NCBI GenBank assembly: GCA_036172245.1 | Contig: JAYWIR010000001.1 | Span: 8,494,001 to 8,558,000, forward strand | Reading direction: 5' to 3' | DNA from: Raillietiella orientalis | Taxonomy: Eukaryota | Length of the DNA stretch: 64,000 nt | Shown: in pieces, positions 35,801 to 48,260 of the stretch | Position numbering within the stretch: the stretch's first letter is position 1 | How the letters are laid out: every line of letters begins with the position of its first letter | Translations under genes and position numbers: made by a program | Notes under the pieces: model-generated | Databases searched by the model: none | Seen by the model: the letters and a program-made list of their open reading frames with translations, nothing else | Told to the model about the DNA's origin: nothing

Positions 35801-38800
35801 CAGCAGGCACCTTGGCGCGAAGATCTTATCGTTCTTGACCCGACGCTCCCTCCCTCCACTGCTTTCCCCCGTCCCTGACTCCTGTCTTCGGCATAAACTT
35901 CCCACCGGAGGCTTCAAGAGGAGGAGAAGACCACATGGGTCACGTGCGAACCTTGCCTCCAAGTAGAACATGCTGAAGGGCATGAGACCACATTTCGCGA
36001 GGAAAGTGGGGAGTGGGAGACCTCGCTGTTTCGCGCCATCTGGAGGCAAATGAGGACCTCCATAGTTTGCTTCGGCGTCACCGCCAGGTGTCCTCTTGCC
36101 AACAGCTCTTCCCAGTCATTCATCCCTGCCTCCTCTGCAGAATTCTGGATGCTGCGGGCAGGGCGTACGCTCAGGAGAACTTGGTCTGCCGGTAAGCCAC
36201 GAGTCAACGATACGGCCCGAGAGGAATGAATGCTCCGGTGCCCTCAGGGTGCTGAGGCTATCGCGGCCTGCAAATCCAAGCTTTGCCTTGAGATCCTCCA
36301 GGGATGCGGAAACGATCCACCTTCTCCCGTTTGGGGTCAGGTCGGCCGGGAGCGTTCTCCTTCCGTGCGGACACAGGGAAGCCGCTCGATGCCCTGGGAC
36401 TTTTCGCTCGCAGTCTTGGTAGGGTGCGAGGATTGTGCAGCCCTCCTGGAAGACCACCTCGACTCAGTCTCCTGGGTGAGCCGTGCCTCCGCCTTGAAAC
36501 ACCTGGCACTCGGTAAATGCAGCCGCGCGCTCTCTGCTAGAGAAGGCCCGAAGCTCGGATTCGCAACGGTGGAGCCGGCCGCACTGGTACAGAGGCGGAG
36601 ATGACACGTCACGAAGCTGTTTCTTCCTATCCTTAACTCCTTCCGAGATTTCTGTTCACAGCGAAGGCCGGCCTTGGGCTGTCTCTTCAGCAACCCTCGA
36701 GGCAGCGGCGCTGTGCTCCTGTTTCTGGGTGCGGAAGGAAGCCACCCAGCTCCTCCCAGGGGCAGAGGGATCTTCCCCTATCTCCACGCGCGAACGCTGG
36801 CCAGATGACGCCCTCTTGGTTCCCGGAAACAAAAGACCGCTGTCCCGCACCTCCAGGAATGGCGAGGAAACCCCTTCGCACGGGATCAAGGGTTTGCGCC
36901 GTCCGCCCGGGCTTACTGCTCCCTTCTTCCTCTCACCTTCTTGTTGATCAGGTTCTGGAGGCTGCCTTCCGCCTTCTCCTTCTTCTCGAACAGGACCTGG
37001 TTCTGCTTGGAAAGCTTCCTTAGTTCCTGCTTCTTGCACAGCACCCTGGCCTGCTCCTCTATCTGGGAAGGAAAACGAAGGAGGAGAAAGGTGGGGCAGC
37101 CGCCGTCGATGTCGGGTGCTCCGAGTGTGGCACCTCTCCTTGGCAAACCTCGAAATCGGACAGCGGCTTCCCCTTCCTGAGGCTGCTGTACTTGTTCTTC
37201 AGGTTCTTCTTGATATGGCTGGAGAGGCTGCTCTCGCAGGAGAGGTTCTGGTGGATGAGATCGATCTGCGAACGGATATCCCTGATCTTGTCGCACATGG
37301 CCATCAGCTCTCTCTGGAAAAAGAGCCCAAGGACGTCCCCCATTGCGACAAACGCCACCGGAAACACGCGCCTTCGGCTTCGACGGCGCTCCCGAAAAGG
37401 CAGCAAGCATCTGCGTTTCAGATGGAGCTGTTGGAAAGGCGCAGCGGCCCCCCACCCCCTTCTTCGTGAGCCTGGAGCGCTCCGGAACTCGAGGTGGTCA
37501 GTTTTTACCCTCAAGAATCGCGCAGAGTCCAAAGCGGACTTTCGGACACTCCACTTCCTGATGCAGGGGGGGGGGGCGCAGGTGCTCGTCTAGCCCCGCG
37601 GTCGCCGGCACGGCTGTTGCCTCACTTCTGCATCCACCTTTAACACCTCAGTCTGCCCACCCGTCCATCTAGAGAGACAGATGTGGATGTAGGTGGACGT
37701 TCGATAGGCGTCCGAGTCCTTTCTAGCACCGGGAGACCCCAAAGAGTTGCTTTTTCTTCGCGCGTTCTGCCGCGGTTCCAGACGAGCGACGCGTTCCGCA
37801 TCCGAGAAGCGAGTTCACCTGAAGATCTTCGTTCTGCTGGGTCGTCTTTTCCAGCATGTCCTCCACGGTGGTGTCCGAGCACTCTTTGAGAAGCGCACTC
37901 TGGGCCGACAGCCTCTTCTGAAGAGCTTCCGCTATCTCTTCGTCTCGGCTCATCTTCTCCGTCTGGAAGCACTCTTTCAGCATCCTCTGGCTGTAGCTGT
38001 GCTCCTCCTTCCCCTCTCGGTCCGCTCGATCCGCGTTTTCTTGATCCGGTCTCTGTGGAGGACAGTCCCTTGAGTCCCTCTCAAGACTAGGAACAAGCGC
38101 GCGAGCGCCACTGGCGCTGAGATGAAGCGAAGTCAACCTCCTCCATTGCCTGGGATCTTCCTCGTTCCTACTGAAAGAAGTACCTGTGGGGAAGATGTCG
38201 CAGTTGAGATGGGACGGAAAGTGCTAGTCAGCTGTCGCTTTCGCTATGGGGAAGCGTGGACGGCGTCTCTCCCCCCTCTCTCTAGGGGGAAACTCGAAAG
38301 AGTCCTCTTGGAAGGAGTCTGAGCGCAGTCGGTGAGGGGACGATCCAAAACAGCTTTCGGCAGCCCCGCAGGCGTTCGGAGCACAAAGACCCGCATCAAA
38401 ACAGGCTGTGCACAAGCAACGGAAAATATCCCCTGAGAGCCAGCATGACGGTAAGCGCCTCTCTTGGACACGTTCTCCATGGCAACAGAAGATTTCTACG
38501 ACTGATCTGGAATTTCCTCACCAAAACTTCCAAAAACGGTCTTTGCTTTCTGATCGCTTTTCCCTCCTTGAGGAGCCTTTTGCCTTCAAAAAAAAAACAA
38601 AAAACAAAAAAAGGAGGAGGCAGGTGTTTTTCGCTAAGCAGGAAGCGCCAGTTCTGCATCATTCACAGCGCCATCTCCTCGTCTCCGAGGAACCTTGTGA
38701 TCCCTCGAGGACGAAAGGACTTTCCCCGCAATCTTGAAAGTGGATCTGAGCGAGATGCGCGGAGATCTCTTGTCAAGGAAGAAGAATCGGTTGCAACCAG

Positions 38801-41800
38801 ATGAGGTTCAGAGAAGGAAACGGCTGCAGGGTAGCTTGGAAGCAGAGCAGTGAGCTGGCTTGCACTCGCAGACCTACTTCCGCGTCAGAGAACGGTCGGA
38901 AGGGGGGAAGGCACGAGAGGGAAGGATTCGCGCTGCTTCCGTGAGAGCGCTTGGGACCTCTGTTGGACCTCTCTTGGTGCCGGAGCTGAGGTTGCTCAGC
39001 AGCACCCAGGTACAGAGGGAGCCTCTGGACGATGGCGAGGTGGAAACTCCGCAGGATTCGAGAGCTCAGATCGGACGACTGTGGTGGACAACTACTGTGG
39101 CATCCCCACGGGTACGCACGAGCACTGGAGCATCTTCCGCAGATAAAGAGACCTCTGCCCGCAACTGTGACTGAGGCTCCGGGGGAGGCGGGGATCGCCA
39201 TAGCGCGTGCCCGAGTGGACTGCGTCCAGGAACCACGCGACCAGGAGCGCAGGGTGCTGCACTGCCGCACCCCCCACCGTCCGTGGACCGCAACAGCAGC
39301 AGCGGCGGCTCTCCTCGCACGCACTTTCCGAAGGGAGGAGTCCCACCAGCGTGGAAAGAGAACGCCGCGGATGGTCCAGCGGCAGCTGCTTCATGAATAC
39401 GGGAAAGTGGTCCCCCGGGACGTTCCTAAGGTCGGAAAGCAGATCGAGGACGTCCTGTTGAACTTGGACTCCAGTGCCACCATCTTTTGAACAGCGCCTC
39501 CGTCGCCTAGCGGCAGCAGCGAGCGCGAGCGGAGGCAGCACCAGGCGACGGCGGCGGCAGTCCACTCGGCGGACAGCGGGTGCGGAGGTCCGGTGCCCTG
39601 AGTCGAAGTCCCCAGTCTCGTCCTGAGGACCTTCCTGAGAAAGTGCCGGAATGAGGAGAGCTTCTCGCTCTTCCTCGCGGTCTGGAGAGAGGGATCAACC
39701 CAGCTTTCTTTCGACTCCCTCGCGAATTGCAGGTCTCTTCCCGATGGAGACAACTCCGGTGGCAGTCGGTGGACGGAGTACATCTCCTGGCTCATTGCGC
39801 ACGCGTGGATGGAACGAGGCGGCTCCAGCAGACGACCGGGACGGACCGATGGGAAGTCCACGTCCCTCCCTCCCTTCCCGATTCTCCCCCGACCTGCCGG
39901 TTCTTGGCTGCAACATTGCGGGTGTTTCCGGAAAAAAACAATAAAAGAAGACAAAGGGTCACATGTGACTCCCTCCGGCAGAGGGGATCCTCGCTGGTTT
40001 CGTTTCCTTGGTTGCGAGCTCGTCACAGTGCCAACCGAATGCCTCGTTCTCTCTAAGACCTGAAGAGGAGGGGTCGCACTAGAGGGCAGGTTGTCCTCCG
40101 CACCAGCTGTGGAAGACAACGCCTCCTAAGCGGCCTTCCCTGATTGAAGCAAGTGTTGCCCCTTCAAGCCCCCCCGCGTTTCTCATCGTGGAGGTGGCAG
40201 CTGACCTCAGAACGACCCGTCCCGTTCCATCCGAGACCCTTCCTCCACAGATCTTCTTTCGGAGGAAACGAGGAAGTTGGTTCACTCTGTGGCGCGCTTG
40301 TGACCAGCGAAACGAACCCGGTGAGGGTCCCTTTTGCTGGAGGGAGCCAAGTGACCGACCCTCAGCCGCAGTTGCGAGCAGAGATCTCTCGGGAGAAGGA
40401 AGCGTCTTCCGCGAACACCCCGATGATGCCCTCCTGTCTTCTTTTGGCACCAACCCAGGGGTGGACGCTGGACTTTTGAGCTTCGAGAGCTCGTCCACAA
40501 AGCGACTCCAGGCAGCATTCCCGAACCCAGGGATCGACGCACCTCGCAGGTGCTCTCTCGATGACGAGGGGGGTTCGAGGTCGGCATCCCGATTTCCTCT
40601 GTAGCCACGCAGAGGTGCGCTCAGCAACGGAGGTGGCTCTGGGAGGACACAGCAGATCCCTCAAGCAAGTGCAGGAGGACGGGCGAGACGGGAAACAGGC
40701 TCCCCCTCCCCTCCTTCCGAAGGTCACTTCGGTAGCTGCCAGATGAGGGCTGGGGGAGCTCCGAATGCACTCGAGTCATTCTCGCGAAGGCTGGAGAGTC
40801 TACCGGGGGAGGCTTTCGGGAAGCTGCCTGGGGGAAAGCGACAGGGAGGGGAGGGCGAATGAGATGCAATCGCTCGTCCAGCGATTTCGTTTGCTCTTTT
40901 TTTCGCTCTCTTAGCCGTGTTGCCCTTTGGCGTTCCTGGAGACTCGTTGTCTCTAGGGAGAACTCTGCCCCCTACAGACGAGACAGGAGGACGAATGGAA
41001 GGAAAGAGAGGGGGACGGATGGACGGAGGGGGTGAGGAGTGGGAGGAGCAGCTCCTCTCTCTCCTGTGTGGCCCCTAACCTGTGTTGGGTGTGAGAATGC
41101 TGCCGATGTGAGCAATTGTGGATGACACACAGGTCACAAGATGAGTCGAAGGCACAGTCTGCTGGCGCCCTTCGGGAAAGAAGAGACCACTCCGAAATGC
41201 TCCAGGGGGGAACCTCCTTTGGCAGGCCCACTGCTGATCAGCCTCGCCCTGTCGCGTGCGTCAGGGGGCGGACGCAAAAAGGAAGCTCCACCGCGTCCCG
41301 TTTGCATCCCCCTGGGAGCGGCGCGGATGGCGTCTTCGTTCGCAAGCCCTCCTCTTGGATGACCTTTACTCTCTCCACTCGTATTATTTGCCAAGGGAGA
41401 CCGGAAGGGTCGCCCCTAGCCACAGTTTCCTTTTGCTCCTCGAAGACGTACTTCGGGCAGATGACTGCCTGGGGCGACGAGGCTTCCCCTCCAGCAAAAG
41501 GCAATGTGGGGAGGAGAGTCAATCGCCCCTTCCCCTTTCGCCGACGGGATTGGAAATGTGCTTTTCCGTTAGCGTGTGTGGAGCCTCCAAGAGTCTCAGA
41601 CCGACGAGGGGTCGCGAAAGCCGTAGGCGAAAGGGGTGCAAGGGAGGGAGGAAGGAAGAATCGTTCCACTCGAGGTCTTCCCTCCTGGTTGTCCCGACCC
41701 GAGCGAATGGAATAAGGAAGAAGAAGGGGAGCGAGACCCTCGCGCGTTCGATTTTTGGTGCAGGGTGGGCACTCACGGTGAACAGCTCGAACTGCTGGTG

Positions 41801-41926
41801 GTTCACATTGATGGCCTGCAGCATATCCGGCAGGTCCAGCGTCTTCAGCATTTCGGCGTAGTTCTCGCTGGAGAAGCCGTCGCCATTCCTGGACGCGCTC
41901 CACAAGTCGACGCGGAAATTGGCCAT
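32877..41926 (-). CDS. Uncharacterised coiled-coil protein, family copy E (about 393 aa, at least 7 exons)
   Basis: Exons (minus) 41926-41777, 39454-39347, 38052-37819, 37313-37149, 37062-36937, 34105-33971, 33140-32877 (TGA). All introns phase 0 and GT-AG, 1182 nt in frame. Matches to D: DVLDLLSDLRNVPGDH vs AIRIIDILEDVVIDH, ELRKLSKQNQVLFEK vs EIQQVSKENDVLLRK, NEIQLLISDARKAL vs NDVQEECRKAV. Matches to A: KKIVTSW vs NIVNTW, KKLLDG vs VKLLDD. Extra exons cannot be excluded. Confidence 0.72.
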
Positions 41927-44900
41927 CCCGCTTCAAGGAGCAGGGAAGCAGCGAGTCGACGTTCGGAATTATCTCTTTCTGCTCTTCTCGCTGGACCAAA
42001 AATCAACCTACGCGCGTGTCGAACGAGGGAGGAGGGGGGAGGAGGCAAGAATTTTTAGGACTTAGCTCGTTTCCGTGACAACGGCACGACTTGATTCTCT
42101 CATTCCGGCTAAGCTGCACGCGAGAAGCTGCACGAGGGACCAAGAGATACTCAGCTCTCCTTTGTTCGGGTGGGGTGCCTGCCGGAAAGGGAAGAAGCAC
42201 CTGAGCCTAACGGATATCCCCATCCCAGTCGTGCGTCTGTCGGTCGAGGACTGGACCTGTTCTTTGCGGGCCTCTCCTAACTCGGCTGCTGGACAGGTCG
42301 GGCGAGGTTCTGCTACGGGGTCATTTTCTCCCACCCTCTCTCTCTCCATCTTCATCGCGGTCGAGCTGCTGTCGAGTTCAGCCCGAACATCTGCTGCGGC
42401 TGCGTCGACCTCGAGGTCATCACGGACAGCTGATTGCGGCTCGGCTTTCTGTGAAACCTCCCTTCCGTGCAGAACACGGCTCTCCGACTGGGTTCCCGGC
42501 CAGGGGCTTCGCCGCCCCTGTCTCCTACAGGACCGCTCCTATCCTTCTCCGCAGGATTCCAGAAATGCGGGTCACGCGAGCGCTTCCATCCTGTCGCGGT
42601 TTCCCGGAAGCAGGAGAGCGCGGGAGGCAAGCAGCTCCGAACCCACGAAACAGTCCTCCGGAGGAAGGCTTCTTCCTGAGCCTCGTGCTCGGGCGGAAGG
42701 CTCAGTCGAAGAGCTAGGTAACCAGGAGGAGAGAGGACAGAGAGACGCCCGGCGGTCCCGTAAGAAGACGGGACGAGGGCAGGACAAGAGAGAGAGACTG
42801 AAATCTCTGAAGATGCGCGAGATGGCGCTTCAGGACACCGGGATCAACAGATTCAGAGGGTGCTCCCCTGTCCACAGAGAGACGAATTGAGAATGACCTT
42901 CTGGACTCACATTCCGACTAGGTTCCCTGTCGCTTCTGACTTTTCCGATGGTTTCGCGCACGCGCCAGCTGCCATGTGAACATGGAGGTGGCGTTTATCA
43001 CCGTGGTGACGGGAGTCAGGAAAAGAAAAGGAGGCATCCCATGATGCCAGCATCCGCGCTCCGGTGAGATCGTCTGCATCGGACGGTTAGAGCGCAGTGG
43101 TTTTTCTTGCTCGCGATCATCAGGAAGGACCCTCAAGAGAACAAAGACGTATCCGTGCTTAGCGAATCTGCGCGCCTCTTCGTGCCTTCAGGTGGCCCTG
43201 TAACCAAAGGAATGTCCTTCCGGTACCATCGACGCTAGTGCCCGCAGGCAACGTGCAAAAGCTCTGGGAGCAAGGATTTGGCACCCGGTACGGGCGCACG
43301 GGGAGTGCGCTCAGAAAATCGACTCTGTGCGCACCATGAGGTCTGCGGGCGTCCAAGAAGCTGCGTACATGCAAAGTACAAAATGAACAATAGGACTCAC
43401 GCGCAAGCGGAGGACAGGAAAGGTCGCTGCGCCCGCGTCGGTGGAAATGTGCGGCTGCGGCCTCGAAGAGAGACACCGAGCTTTGCGGGTTCGCATCCCA
43501 TCCAGGGAAGGAACGAAGCCGAGGAATGGCCGCTTAGTGGGTTTTGAGTCGTCGTCCCCTGTGGGACGACGCTAGTTGGCTTCGAAAGCGGAACTGGTTG
43601 ACAGCTGGTCACGTTGGGTCATTTATTTATAAAATAAACATACACGTCTGTGGAAGGACGTTCGACCCTGCCACGTTACTGATGACTAAGAGAAAAAACC
43701 TGCCGGGATCTGGCACGCAGGCCAGCGGGGTTCGTCTCCGCAGCACACGGGAGACAAATAAAGAGAAAAACATAAAAAAAAGAACATACGGTCAAAAATA
43801 TGGGAGGAAGGGAGGGTTCGGGAAGGGATCACTGTGTGCTGGAGGGCGTCCTCTGCATCCTTGTAAGGATGCCGGCAAGTTCCTGTTTCGAGGCTTCCAG
43901 ATGGGGCCATCTTGACGATGTCCTCATGAAGCAAAATAGATGGCCTTCCTGTCGTTCTGGTCTCCCCTGGTGTTGTTCCATGCAGCCACGGTCCCGCCGC
44001 GTGGGCAGCGCAGTGCTGCTGAGGATGCGTCTGGCGTAAGGGCGTCGCTCAGGAAGAGGCACTTTCGAACGTCTCTGGCGTTGAGAGCTAGGGTTCCAAG
44101 GGTCGCAGCAAAGCGTCCCCAAAGGAGCCGGAGGGCCACACAGTCCCCTAGGAGGTGTGGGAAGGATTCCCGCTCCCCGCACCTTGCACAGTTTGGATTC
44201 ACACTGGTACAGCACTGGTGGAAGCCGTAAACCCTGGATGTTTCCGTTGACTGGCCGGGAATGGAAGTTGACTTTTTAAGGTGCTTCCAGGAATGGGAGT
44301 GCGGAGACGGACCGAGCAGATAGTGCTACCGCCGCAGTTCCAGGGAATCGCAGCCGGCCTTCGCTGATATGGCACCTCCGCACTGGCCTCTGAAAGATCA
44401 TCAGAAATAGGAATAAAGAAAAAAAAGCTCTATCGTTTCCAAATTTGCTGCGGGAAGCAGAACAAAAGACATCTTTGTGGGTTCTGGAGGAGCCACCATT
44501 CTTCTTTCTGGCATTGCTTCTTGAACGGCTTGCATGTTTAGCCGCACCCAAAGTCGCCTCTTGAAGGAAAGTTCGAAACAAATTATGACAGCGCCAAAAC
44601 CAACACAGGACGTACACGGGGTCTTGAAGGAGTCTCATGGTTTGTAAACCGAGGTGAGCGAAGATGACGGGCAGGGCAGAGTACTCAAGGAGTATACCCA
44701 CTGCGGGGATAGTGGAAACCCTGCCTTACTTGCTTTCCCTATTCCCCGACACTGGTCCGCACACCTGCTTAGAGAGAGGTTCATCATCTCTTACTGGTTG
44801 CCCCTTCGCTGGTCCTCCTCTCGAATTGCAAGCCACGCTGACAGCTAAAATGGAGGATGGATGTGGTCGTCATCCCGAGGGGCCGTCTGCGATCTCCACT

Positions 44901-47535
44901 GTCAGCTTTGAGCAGGTGAACAAATGGAGCTATCTGGATCGTGGACTATAAGGCAATCTTTGGGCGACTGCGGACGGTCTACCCTGAAATCGGTAAAGGA
45001 ACCCTTTCCTCCTCCCCTCTTCCTGACTCAGGCCCTCGGGAATTACATGAAGCCAGTCCATTGCATTCCCCATTTATTCATCTATATATTGGTGTTACCT
45101 ATTTCTATCCCTTAGTGCGATCCCCAGCGAAGTTAGTCCTCTTCGTTTCGGGCTGTCACATGTCGGTCTTCTAATTACATATCGGTCTATATACATTACG
45201 GTCTATTTCTCTAAATACATATCTCAGAAATCCAGTATGAGAAGGTAAGCGAAGAACGGATTCCCATACCTGTCCTCAATCTTTGATTTCTGGGTACCAT
45301 CAGAATACCTCCTCTTCCCTCATGAATAATCACTTCTCTATAGAACAAGACATTGAGCGTCCTAGAAAATTTCTTACATTCTCGTTTCAAGTCACTACTG
45401 ATTGTCTACTAAGCTTCTTGTAGATGTTGCCAATGAAACAAGAAACAGCAACAAAGTAAAGCAAATGTTATGAATGAATAAATGAATATACTGATCCGTA
45501 AACTTGTATCCGAACAATGATTTGCTTTCTTGGATTTAAAATAAACTTCTATAAAAACTAGTTTTAGAAACATTTTGAAGGACGTTCATCTAGATAGCAT
45601 CAATTAAGCGCATAATGTCATATAGTAAATGATTACTATCGAAAACTTCATTTGTACACATATACAGCTCAAAAGATATCTTGAAATAATTTTTTTGTGA
45701 TTATAGTATATAGAAAAAGTTATAATGCTAATGATCCTCAGACTATCTTACTTTATTACGGAAGGATATTACAAGCATGATTATGCAATAGGTGGTCATC
45801 TTCGCTTGCAAAATTCTAGTGACTGAGAAGTAACGCTTAAAAAATCAAGTGGATGATTTTCTGCAGCAGTATTTTTGATACTCATATTAAGAATACTTTC
45901 TTGATATTAAGTTTATTCTATATTATTTGAAAAAGTAGATTCTGATTTCAATAATGTTCCTTGGCAATGTTGTTATTATGACGTCGAAGTCCACTATTCG
46001 TTTTTGAAGGGTAGGTTAGTATTTAAGAAATGCTCACTGAATTTTGAATTCAAAATAGGTGTAAAATTCTATTCGCTGTCTATAGGTAGTTGACAATTTT
46101 GAATATTTTTGAATGTTTTCATATTGGAATTTTAAACTGGTTTTGAAAATATATATTCAAATAAATTCAATGAATCTCTTTTTTTTTTCCACGGTGGCTG
46201 TAATATTATAGATCCAGTGCTTAAATTTATTGCGCTAATGACATCTTTCAATAATTATTTATTCATTCGATGGAAAAAGATTTCACTTTTAAGAAAATAG
46301 TATTTTGATGAAATTAATTTTGCATAAGTTTCAGTTTTTGATGGGCTAAAATTCCATTTGATCTAGACGTATTTCTATGCTTATTCGGATCGATTTCGGA
46401 GATATCTTATGGAAATAGTTTGAAATTTATTGAAATAGTCTGCGAATTTTCGGGATGTTTTCAGAAATGTTTTAAAAATCTTATTTAAGCGCGATTTTAA
46501 AAACGGTACAGGAGGAGGGGAGGAAGCAAAACAAAGACAAATAAAGCCCAAAATACGGAAAATTATTTGGATCCAACAAAATAAGGACAAGATGCGATTA
46601 AGTAAATGTGTACACTTAAATAAGTGTCAAAGTTGGTCGCAATCATCCTTACTAGTTGAAGAAATCGAAACTTTTTTGGATGACCCTACGCAATCTTTGT
46701 AGCTGACAGTGTAATTGATAATTTATGAGTGCCATGCACATAAGGCCATAAGATGTAAGCCATAAGTATCAAGATAAATTTCTACTCAGTAAAAGCCTTC
46801 CTCGAAAATATTTGCAACAAATGAGATGCTCTTTAAAGGAAAAAAAAAAAAATCCGAAAATCTGAATTCAAGATATGTTAGACTGGGAATGTTATAGGGA
46901 AAAGAAAAATGGTTCTTTGAGGCAACAAGATGTAATGTACCTGTCCTGAAAAATCTTTGTAAGTCCTAATAGCAATCATTAGTCAACAAAGCAATAATAA
47001 ATTGATTGATATGAAAATCTGGAAATGAAATCTGGAAACTAATTCTGAATTTCAAGTTTATAACAGGATGAAAATAATATATCAGGATGAAATGAAAACT
47101 TGTTTATGAGTCATGTGATGTGTGACTGTACTGCATTTTTTAATGTTGGATATTGAGTAGGCTTTGATATTGAGTTTAGGTTCATAAGTAAGTAATCGGC
47201 ATTCGAAAAAAGAGTTTATATTAAATTCAACTAAGATAAAAAGGAATTCGAAGCAAAATGATTCTGAAAAGTGACTGCTGGAAAATTGTAGAAAGCTGAA
47301 GCATGAACATCAGTTTATAAGGTAATCATAAATTCAGTTCAAACAGATGGGTACGTTATTTTTAGTGGCTCTATTGTAATTTATGACCGTCATTACAAAA
47401 GAAGTCAACTTTTTCAAACTTCTGTGCCAGGATTTCGTTTTATCATTTGATTCGAAGTGAAAAATTTAAACTAATCTTCAAATTTGAAGCAAACAGTGCC
47501 ATTGTGCCTCAGAAGTACAAAGGTACCAAATGTGG

Positions 47536-47542
<7 letters not shown>

Positions 47543-47566
<24 letters not shown>

Positions 47567-47569
47567 AAA
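47543..47569 (+). repeat. Poly(A) homopolymer, about 27 nt
   Basis: Read directly, in the AT-rich spacer upstream of the MCT gene. Confidence 0.9.
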
Positions 47570-48260
47570 CTTGGAATCTAAACTTGGATGATAGGATCCC
47601 GCATTACGCAAAGAATAATTAACATCACGCGGAATTTGGGAATAGAAGTAAATCTTAGGATGAAGTCTTAGAAACTGCGATAAAGATAGATAATCTGATT
47701 CGAGTAAAGAAATCTATGCAAAATCCAACATTTTGGCCAAGCTCGGAAACATGCCATATTCAAGTTTCACTGCCGGATCCTGTTTTTATGTGGATAGCAA
47801 GCGTTGATAAAGGGAACAAAATCTTTTCCAAGGAGGTGTGAGACGATCCATAGTACTCGGACCGAGACAGACATTTAAAGAGAGAACGTAAGAGGGCAGT
47901 GGAATAGATGATGTAACCGAAATTTATAAATCCGAATTGTACACACTTTTACTTATGAGAAGTTAAAAAGGGTATAACTCGAAGTTCGAGATGAATGAGA
48001 AACCCCATCACCGTCCGATAAACACTTCACGTGTCCCTCAAGACTAAACTAAAGTAAATTTTCTTTGATACATGTCGTTGAATTTAAGGAAGATCAAATC
48101 TTTCACTCAAAGCGTATGTGTTAATGTTTGTCTACACGTGGCGCTGTATTTTGTCTCCACTCATGTTTCTTCAAATCTTTGCAAAGGCAGTCAATTATAA
48201 TACCAAGGCGATAGATCTCACGTCTTTCATTCCTGATTAAGCGAATCCGTTCGACACGAA

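Noticed and set aside
39455-39483. Frameshift in copy E (MVALESKFN followed by DVLDLL in another frame)
   Set aside because: An acceptor at AACAG|GAC gives an in-frame exon whose start matches the exon boundary of copy D, so no frameshift is needed.
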